Translations under genes and position numbers: made by a program | Assembly (NCBI GenBank): GCA_951406725.2 | Contig: OX597825.1 | Location: forward strand, 744,001 to 808,000 | DNA: 64,000 nucleotides | DNA from: Octopus vulgaris | Taxonomy: Eukaryota | Direction of reading: 5' to 3' | Notes under the pieces: model-generated | The model's database searches: none | Told to the model about the DNA's origin: nothing | The model's input: only the letters and a program-made list of their open reading frames with translations | Part shown: piece by piece, positions 54,560 through 64,000 of the stretch | Position numbering within the stretch: the first letter of the stretch is position 1 | Layout: every line of letters starts with the position of its first letter

Positions 54560-55890
54560 AGAACTACGACATGACCTTTAAAAGACATATCGAGGATACA
54601 TGGAAAAGATACCTTGATGACTGTTTCCAAATTTGGACCAAATCCCTAGAAAATCTGGAAGAATTCAGCACCCTCCTCAATAATCTAAACCCTGGTATCA
54701 AATTCACAAGAGAAATGAGCAACACACGATTCCCATTTCTTGACAAATGGTAATTAAAAACAACTTCACAACCTCAACTGATATTTATTACAAAAGCACA
54801 GATACACACCTGTACCTAAATTTCAAATCATGCCACCCAACACACACAAAACACAACATCCCGTACTGTTTAGCCAGGAAAATTTGTATTATAGTCGATA
54901 ATCCAAATACCAGAAACACACAACTTATAGAACTCAAAGGGTTTCTGCTCAAGCAAAATGACCCTCCCCTACTGATAGAAAATAGCATACAACGAGCAAA
55001 AGAGATACCTATAGAACAACTTAGAGCAACAAAAAAAAGACAAACCCATCAAAGGAACACAATACCATTTCTAGTAACATACAATCTACATCACCAAAAC
55101 ATTTTAAACATCATCAAAACAAATTTGCCAATCATAAAACAAAGTGAAAAATTAAAAAAACATAATAACTAATCAAACACTTAACTTAAGCAAAAGGCCA
55201 CCACATAACCTGAAGGATCTATTAACAAAGGTGGGGTGAGCTGGCAGAAACGTTAGCACGCCAGGTGAAATGCTTAGCGGTATTTCGTCTGCCGCTACAT
55301 TCTGAGTTCAAATTTCACCAAGGTCAACTTTGCCTTTCATCCTTTCGGGGTCGATAAATTAAGTACCAGTTATGCACTGGGTCGATATAATTGACTTAAT
55401 CCGTTTGTCTGTCCTTGTTTGTCCCCTCTGTGTGTAGCCCCTTGTGGGCAGTAAAAAAATAAGAAACTATTAACAAAGGCAAAATTCAACATAAACAAAT
55501 GAGAGAACACATTCACAGTATCCATGTGTAATGGTAACAGATGTGGAATATGTCCCTACATGTGTACGGGTAGATCCATTAGAACAGATTTTCGCAAATA
55601 CAAATATGAACTGCAAAAGCAGAAATTTTACCTACTGCATTAAATGCCCAAATTGCAAGGAATTATATATAGGCGAGACAGGGAATGCATTATCGGAACA
55701 CTCATGAATCCACAGACAACATATCTGGAACTCCAATGTCCACCAAATTCCATTGAATGAACATAAAGAGACATGTGGTCAAAAAATGCTTCTAATTTTT
55801 CCTTTCCACAAACTACAAGACACAAGTGAAGTTGGAAGAAAGATAAACGAAAAACGGTTCATTAAAATGATCAAACCGGTTCTGAACGGA
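54560..55890 (+). mobile_element. Degraded Penelope-like element (RT C-terminal half, Cys linker, GIY-YIG endonuclease; Neptune-like)
   Basis: WKRYLDDCFQIW, IKFT, FPFLD, TDIYYKSTDTHLYLNFKSCHP; KRPPHNLKDLLTKA; CNGNRCGICPY; NFTYCIKCPNCKELYIGETG. Confidence 0.92.
55232..55466 (+). mobile_element. Young Nin/Deu-domain SINE nested in the Penelope ORF, 13-bp TSD
   Basis: TSD ctattaacaaagg at 55219-55231 and 55467-55479. Highly similar to the 13572 copy. Confidence 0.92.
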
Positions 55891-56223
55891 AATAACAGCA
55901 ATAATATAACAACCAGGTAAAGATGTGGATGAATAAATATAAACAAGTTACAAAATATTGGTATACCTGGCAAACCATGATGTTTAAGAGTATGTGGATT
56001 GGTTAAAAAGGTATTCAAAAAATTCAGCTGGTTGGAGAGTTCTAAGAGGTACTAAAGTTGTCAAGAACTCTCCTGTCAGTTAAATACATTTGAAATTTGA
56101 TGATTACACTATGTATGGAAGCATTAATTTTGTTAAAATACGATAATAAAAAAACATGAAAACCAGACTGTTTTAACTTTATTCAACTGATATATTATTC
56201 TACACACATTCACACACATTCAA

Positions 56224-56684
<461 letters not shown>

Positions 56685-57067
56685 GTGGCCTATTGGATGT
56701 TATACATTGCTAGTTACAATGCACTTGATATCACTTTTTAGCTTCTGAATGATGGCATCCTGCTGGTTAGCGCAGTAGGCCAACATCCCCACCCTGATCA
56801 GAAGGCTGGTCCAATGCAGGGTCACTCATTCACAGCTGAGTGGACTGGAACAATGAGAAATGAAGTGTTTTGCTCAAGAACACAATGCACCACTCAGTCT
56901 GGGAATTGAACCCATGATCTAGCAATCATGAATGCAAAAACTTAACCAATGGGCCACATGCCTTTACATACATGCACACACACACACATGCATATATACA
57001 TATTAAAACATAATCATTGTTCATTATTTACATTCGACGGATATTTGTCCTCATCTTGTTTGTTGTT

Positions 57068-57113
57068 AACACAATATTTCGGCTGATATACCCTCCAGCC
57101 TTCATCAGGTGTC
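57068..57113 (-). ncRNA. Type-I hammerhead ribozyme (family A)
   Basis: rc GACAC CTGATGA aggctg gagggtatat cagcc GAAA tatt GTGTT. Confidence 0.78.
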
Positions 57114-57390
57114 TTGGGGAAATTTCGAACCTGGGTTCTCATTCCTAAGGTATTTTTTGATGTTGTTGTTATTATTATTATTATTATTATTGTTAGGTCA
57201 CTGCCTGGAATTGAACTCGAAACCTTGGGGATTAGTAGCCCGTGCTCTCAACCACTACACACATTCACACTAATTTGAAACAATATATATATATATATAG
57301 GGAGAATTCACAAAAAAAAACAAAAGATGAAGATGGGTGGTGTAGAAAACAAACAGATGTATTAGTATAATGCTTGGGAATTGAAAAACT

Positions 57391-57426
57391 CTTTAATGTT
57401 TCGAGCCTACGCTCTTCCACAGAAAG
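57391..57426 (-). ncRNA. Hammerhead-like motif (family E) in a secondary insertion at 57300-57475
   Basis: rc CTTT CTGTGGA a gagc-gtag-gctc GAAA catt AAAG; variant core. Confidence 0.6.
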
Positions 57427-57575
57427 AAACAAGGAGAGAAAAAAAAATGCGTGTAGTGGCTACTGATCTGTCATGTATATAAATGTTCAAGTGGCGTAGT
57501 GGTTAAGAGCATGGGCTACTAACCCTAAAATTCCGAGTTTGATTCCAGACAGTGATCTGAACAATAATAATAATG

Positions 57576-57623
<48 letters not shown>

Positions 57624-57670
57624 TTGTAAAATACCTTAGGAATGAGAACCCAGGTTCGAAATTACCCCAA

Positions 57671-57716
57671 GACACCTGATGAAGGCTGGAGGGTATATCA
57701 GCTGAAATGTTGTGTT
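57671..57716 (+). ncRNA. Type-I hammerhead ribozyme (family A)
   Basis: GACAC CTGATGA aggctg gagggtatat cagct GAAA tgtt GTGTT. Confidence 0.78.
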
Positions 57717-58431
57717 AATAACAAACAAGATGAGGACAAATATCGTCAAATGTAAATAATGTAAATAATGTAAATAATTCCTCATCTCTTAAATATAGAA
57801 TTGTATAATCATTGTTGTATTTTTTCTTCTTTATTTGTATGATGTCCTTTTATTTCATAATAGCAGAGCTCAGATAGCTTGACAGGACCTATTCTCAGGC
57901 ATCTCAAACATCTTTGAATCCCTCATTGATCGCTTTTTAATATGCTTAAGTCTCTTAGACCTTCTTTAAATATTTATTCGTGGTTCACTCTATGCCGGGT
58001 TCTTTTCTTTCTCAACACCTTCTATTTCCCAAAGAGCATATACAATATATGACCAGAAGGCAATGAGAAATCCCCTATGTTATTCTCCCATAAAAATTCT
58101 ACAACAAGCACATACCACTCATCAAGGAAATCCGCATCAGGGGCCGCCCTTCAACCTGACAGCATAAGAAATGGAGGAATACATTGTATATTCACACGAC
58201 ATGGCTAAACTAAATCTATCAACTCTTGTTAAAACATTTATCTCCCAATGGCTTTTATAACTATTCACTTCACAGATTCTGTTTATCAGATGTTATAATC
58301 AAAGTATAATCCAGTGGATTATACTCAATTTGTTCCTCTTCAATTCAAATATGATCTTTAGTTTTCTATTCTCAGAATCATATAACCAGTTGACTAACCC
58401 CTAACAACAGTATCAAACAAGGAGAATATAT

Positions 58432-58955
58432 ATCATCATCATCATCATCATCATTTAGCGTCCGTTTTCCATGCTAGCATGGGTTGGACGGTTCAACTGG
58501 GGTCTGGGGAGCCCGAAGGCTGCACCAGGCCAGTCAGATCTGGCAGTGTTTCTACAGCTGGATGCCCTTCCTAACGCCAACCACTCCGAGAGTGTAGTGG
58601 GTGATTTTATGTGCCACCGACACAGGTGCCAGACGAGGCTGGCGAACGGCCACGCTCGGATGGTGTTTTTATGTGCCACCGACACAGGTGCCAGACGAGG
58701 CTGGCAGACGGCCACGCTCGGATGGTGTTTTTATGTGCCACCGACACAGGTGCCAGATGAGGCTGGCGGACGGCCACGATCGGATGGTGTTTGTTACGTC
58801 CCCAAAGCACGGAGGCCAGTCTATGCGGTACTGGCTACGGCCACGTTCGGATGATTTTCTTGTGTGCCACCGGCACTGGTACCACAAAGATACAAATTCC
58901 ATTGATGTTCATCTATTTTGATTTGTTTTGATGAACATCAATGGAATTTGTATCT
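58432..58955 (-). mobile_element. Young RTE 3' UTR copy with 62-bp tandem repeats and terminal hairpin
   Basis: CpG-rich; (CAT)n tail at 58432-58454; about three 62-bp units at 58606-58790; 26-bp inverted repeat at the 5' end. Confidence 0.85.
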
Positions 58956-60151
58956 ATATATATATATATATATTCTTGACTTAGATTTAGTTTTTCAATT
59001 TTGATATCATTTTTATCATTCGTTTTAAAAAGAAAAATATTTCAATAATAAGATGATTCTAATAAGTATTTTCTTTATATTTTAAAAACGAGGAAATTAA
59101 TAATTAAATTTCCAAAAGAAAAACAAGGAAAGATTCGCCCACATACATGAATCCTTTTATTTCTTGAAACATTCGTTATTAGAGAAATTGCTTCTATCTC
59201 ACTCTAAATCAATCTTTCATGTTATTACTTGCTCATCGAGCTAGAAGAAAATATTACTTTCAGAAAATTATCCGAGTAATCCATAGTAATAAGATTATGG
59301 TCACTCCTCTCCTTATTCTTATACTCTCATGCAGTGATTCTCAGACCCTGTGTAAATATGTATGTAGCTATACACACACACATGCACACATTGTTAATAC
59401 CTTATTATATATTAACATGGTGTATGGCCAAAATGTTATCAGATGGTTTTTGAATGGAGCTAAGATTACCAAAATGGAAAGAAAATTGAGTAAATTGTTC
59501 TGTTCAATCATTTTATGACTGATCTTTTTTTTATACAAGCATGGCTTGGATGGGAATTTGATTTTGAAGCAGAATTTTGGGGCTAGGTGCTCTCCTTGTT
59601 TTCAACTCTCAAGCCATCACCTGATGTTTCACACAAAAGGGTCTTAAACAGGCACAGGTCTTCAAAAACACACATAAACCAGTCATAAAGTCAAAATCAG
59701 CACTGCTAAGCTTACATCGTGACAACTGACACACAAAAACATGTATATGTATAAATCTATATTAGTAATTCTTTATAATTTCAGCACAAGGCTAGCAGTT
59801 TTATAGGTGGGTGTTTAGTTGATTATATTGACCTCACTATTTGGCGGGTACATTATTTTATTGAGAAAAAAAAAGAGTATAATGCATATATAAAATAAAT
59901 ATATATATATAAACCCTTCTCTTCATCACTTACTGTCCATTTTCCATGCTGGAATGGGCTGGCTGTTTCAATAGGGGACAACAAGCCAGAGAACTGCACC
60001 AAGCTTCATCCTGGTTTCTATGGTTGGATGCCCTTTCTAATGCCAACCACTTTACAAAGTATACAGGTGCTCTTTATATAGCACTGAAACTCAGTAAGGT
60101 CACTTGGTAATTTGCAAGACAAGACCCCTCAACTGAGTGGGTGGGGGTGTA

Positions 60152-60227
<76 letters not shown>

Positions 60228-60384
60228 AATAATTAAGATTCAGTTGAATTTGGTACTTAAGTCGAGGCACCAAGTCAGTCCAGTATTATCCGCACAGCTC
60301 GAAGTAAGGTGAATAAAGTCAAATAAGTAACAGGATGTCAGGTATTAATGCAATATGACCACTTGACATGCTGTTGCTTATTTG

Positions 60385-60437
<53 letters not shown>

Positions 60438-60472
60438 ATGTGTGTGTGTATATATATATATGTGTGTGTGTG

Positions 60473-60503
<31 letters not shown>

Positions 60504-60814
60504 TTGTATGTATATACAATAAATAATAAAATGGGATACACAAGACAAAAGGAGACACGGGGTACAGAAAGTTGCTGAAGAGATCATAGAAAAAGTGACA
60601 AAAGAACTCTGACAAATAAACTACCAATGATAATAGAAAAGCTAAAGTGAAAATCAAATATATAGTGTGTGTGTTTAATTAGCAAAAGGTGACCATCCCC
60701 AAATATAACAATATCCGATTCAACACTCAATTTCACATCAAGAATATTGCATATGTAATGTATATGTAAATATGTATGTACGTATATACTTCTATCTATA
60801 TATGTGTGTATATG

Positions 60815-61707
60815 TATTCCGATCAATAAGTATCTAGACTGTTGCCATAGTAACGAAGCTAAAGCACACAGAGTGAAGCCACTTGGCACGGATTGACCTT
60901 GAACTCTGCTGTGCATGCACACTAAGTTTTAATGTTCTAGCTCATTTCAGCTGTTTACAGCAGTGCCTGGAAGGAAGGTGTGTAGCGTGTGATTGCCACA
61001 TTGACCTTGACAGAGAAAGTTGAGCAGAGAATCTGCATTAAAGTTTGCCAAAAGCTTGGTGATACCTGCTCAGAGGCCTACACAAAATTTCCAAAACGTT
61101 TTCACCGTTCTTAACACAATCAAGGAGATCTTGTGCAACTGAAACCCGAGTATCTTTTTGGTTAGCTGAAAGCAGTTTGGGCACAAACTTGGGAGACACA
61201 CGTCTCATACCCAAATCTTCAGTGATAATGGACTGAACTGAACCGTAACTAATCTGCACATTCTCTGACAACTCACAGATGGTGTTTCGACAATTTCCCC
61301 TTGCAATTGCATGCACATCTGCAATGTTCTTCTCTGTTTTGCTGGTTGCAGGTCTCCCAGAAAATTCGTCACTATTGACATTTTTTCGACCATGTTGGAA
61401 GCATCTGAACCACCTGTACACTTGTGTGTAACTCATAAACTCCTCTCCATACACTTTCTGCAACTTTGTGTTGGCCTCTGAGCAGGTGTCGCCATGACAA
61501 CTTTCTCTGTCATGGTCAATGTGATGATCACACGCTACACACGTTCCTTCCAAGCACTTCTGTAAAAAGCAGAAGTGAGCTAGAACATTAAAACTTAGTG
61601 CACATGCACATCAGAGTTCAAGGTCAATTTGTGCCAAGCAGCTTTACTCTGTGTGCTTTAGGTTTATTGCTATGGCAACAGTCAGGATACTTATTGATCA
61701 GACCCCT
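60815..61707. mobile_element. Mariner derivative with two inverted 5' ends; minus-strand HTH transposase remnant
   Basis: 60815-61090 is an inverted copy of about 61460-61705. ORF reads VYGEEFMSYTQVYRWFRCF..SGRP..ISYGSVQSIITEDLGMRRVSPKFVPKLL. Confidence 0.88.
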
Positions 61708-62124
61708 TAAACACCCATTATATATATAATGGGTGTATAAGGGGTATGATCAATAAGTAAACAAGGGAAAAATACACACATTATATATATATATATATAT
61801 ATACATATACATAACGTAGAATATATGTATATGTTTAACTTTTATCTTTTACTTGTTTCAGTCATTAGACTGCAGCCATGTTGTGGCATCACCTTGAAGA
61901 ATTTTTAGTTAAAAGAATCAATCCCAGTACTTATCTTTTATTAAGCTCAGCCCTTATACAATGGGCTTCTTTTAGTTTCTGTTTACCAGATCCACTCAAA
62001 AGGCTTTGATGACCCAGGGCTAGGCTAGAAAACACTTGCCCAAGATGCCACATAGTAGGACTGAACCTGGAACCATGTGGTAGGGAAGCAAACATTTTAT
62101 CACATGACATGCCTACATATATTT

Positions 62125-62496
62125 TAGACAAAATGAGATAACAAAGCCAAGGCTGTGACGAGTTAAATGGTTAAATAGAGGTCGATATTTACCTCTATTT
62201 AGTGAGCTCAAATATTTCCCTCTTTTTAACCATCTCACATCATCACTGATGAAGGGATATCCATAATATCCCAGAAACAGCTGTAAGGCTAACTTTCTCT
62301 TTATAAATGTCCTGAAAACTCCCCACAGCCTTGGCTTTCTTGTCTCATTCTGTCTAATATATATATATGCATGCTAATACAAGACCCACATTAGACTCCT
62401 TACTATTGAACCAAGAGTTTAACTACAGCCTGTCCATGGCACTTACTTAGTGTTACCTGCCACTCTTTGGGTCTTCTAGATACCAATACCGCTCAT
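62125..62496. mobile_element. Family B element (partial fold-back, HHR at 62241-62289 on +, partner module 62365-62496)
   Basis: CTGATGA a gggatat-ccata-atatccc aGAAA CAGCTG TA. Arms ..aaagccaaggctgtg / cacagccttggcttt. Confidence 0.75.
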
Positions 62497-62808
62497 ATAT
62501 ATATATATATACACATACTTTTATATATATATATGGTGGCATGATAAATATTGGTACATGGCTTGCAACTTTAGGGAAGGGGCAAGTGGATTACCTTGAC
62601 CCTAGAGCACATCTGGTATTCATTTTATCAACCCTACAAAAGCAAAGTCAACTTGGTGGCATTTGGACTCAAAACATAAAACTTGAAAGATATGCTACGA
62701 AGCATTTTGTCTGGTATATTAATGATTCGGCTAGCTTGCTGCTTTATATGTGATAAATATTACATATATTGATATACGATATATATATATGATAACTACA
62801 ACGTGTAA

Positions 62809-62843
<35 letters not shown>

Positions 62844-62931
62844 TAATCCAAACAGGAAAACACAACAATGTGAGGACGTGGAACAAGTATAGTGTTATTG
62901 GATGCTCAGGAAAGGAAAGAAAGAAGGAGGA

Positions 62932-62964
62932 TTTAATGTTTTGAGCAGATCTTGTCGTCAGAAA
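62932..62964 (-). ncRNA. Decayed hammerhead motif (family E-like) in element 62840-63020
   Basis: rc TTT CTGACGA caagatctgctc AAAA catt AAA. Confidence 0.45.
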
Positions 62965-63033
62965 CATAGAAAAAGGAAAAATCCAAGGAAGGGAAGATGG
63001 AGGAAAAAAAATTGCCAACAATACACACACAGT

Positions 63034-63067
<34 letters not shown>

Positions 63068-64000
63068 ATATAGGTAGCCCATATTTATCAATGCATGATA
63101 TGTACGACTGTATAAAAAAAATAAGACCACTTTCAATTAAATACTCAATGTATTGTCAAATACAGAGTTCTATAATTTATTTGTGGGTCTCTCTACACAT
63201 TGTACTTCATTCCCGTGGCACTGCATCTCCCCCTGGTGGGGATTTGATTTGCAAATGAAGTCTCTCACTTCAGAAAATGAATTGCTGCAGTTTTAATGAG
63301 GAAATGATAATGAATTGAAAAAGCCAAATGCTGGCCAGTTTGTCTGATTCCCAATTTAGATGAATCAGTTTTGAATAAGGGTTCACTGTGCTTGTTTACA
63401 TATATTTAGAAAGCTCATAATGGATGTGCTTGCAAAAATACACGACATTGGTGGTATAGTAAAGAGGGGGACACTTCATATGAGAAGAAAATGATACTTA
63501 ATACATGGGAAAAGAGAAATACATGATATGTGAGGCCATAAGAGACAACCATGTGGACATTCAGCTTGCTAAAAATAGCACCGAAATGTTCCTTGAATTG
63601 CCAATTGCCACACCTTATCTTAAAAAACATAAAGGAGACATTGAATATGTGGTGTCTGTTGCAATACACCTGAAAATAAGATGTTGTGGTCATGGCTGGA
63701 ATACCTGACTACAGGTCTTCTTGACCAAGGCTGAACAGGATGGTAAACAGCAGAAATTAGAACAGTAATAGAAATGTGTATACAAATTATTTTTGCCAAA
63801 GAGTAATGGTGTCTACAAACAACTGGAATATTAAAAGAAAAACATAAAACAAAGGAAAAAAAGAACAAAAAAAAACACCCAAAACTCAAAAATAATTGAA
63901 ATAGGTTTAAAGTCAATAAATTATAAACAAAATCAAAAACAGAAATATCAATGAGTTTTCTTTCACAAGTTTATATCAGAAGTTTAGACGAACCAAATAT

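Larger units (their letters stand above)
57022..57804. mobile_element. Composite 2: head-to-head inverted pair of family A elements with 12-bp TSD
   Basis: Arms 57022-57258 (-) and 57492-57804 (+). TSD ataatcattgtt at 57010-57021 and 57805-57816. Confidence 0.88.

Noticed and set aside
58116-58155. 40-bp candidate exon on - (cag...gtatgt; VEGRPLMRISLMS)
   Set aside because: Too short to support and could be a decayed RTE GRP motif.
58606-58790. CRISPR-like regular repeats
   Set aside because: Units are contiguous with no unique spacers, lie inside an RTE UTR, and there are no cas genes; eukaryotic context.
60570-60600. CTGAAGA hammerhead-like motif
   Set aside because: Stems II and III cannot be drawn convincingly.

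Overview
AT-rich, microsatellite-dense eukaryotic DNA with no confidently identifiable host gene. The SINE families and repeat profile suggest a cephalopod (Octopus-like) intron or intergenic region; this is an inference. Most ORF-track entries are translated microsatellites. Real coding remnants are all from decayed transposable elements: DD37D/maT and mariner transposases, a Tx1/L1 LINE, three Dong/R4 LINEs sitting in (AAT)n tracts, a Hero LINE, RTE fragments and a Penelope-like element (RT plus GIY-YIG). The main hidden signal is at least 12 minimal type-I hammerhead ribozyme motifs in several small non-coding families, mostly built as fold-backs. The most striking case is a tRNA-headed, hammerhead-containing element inserted twice (35.5 kb and 57 kb) as a TSD-flanked head-to-head inverted pair. 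In each case the spacer between the arms is a copy of genomic DNA lying about 0.7-1.2 kb upstream. Coordinates were read by eye and may be off by a few bases.
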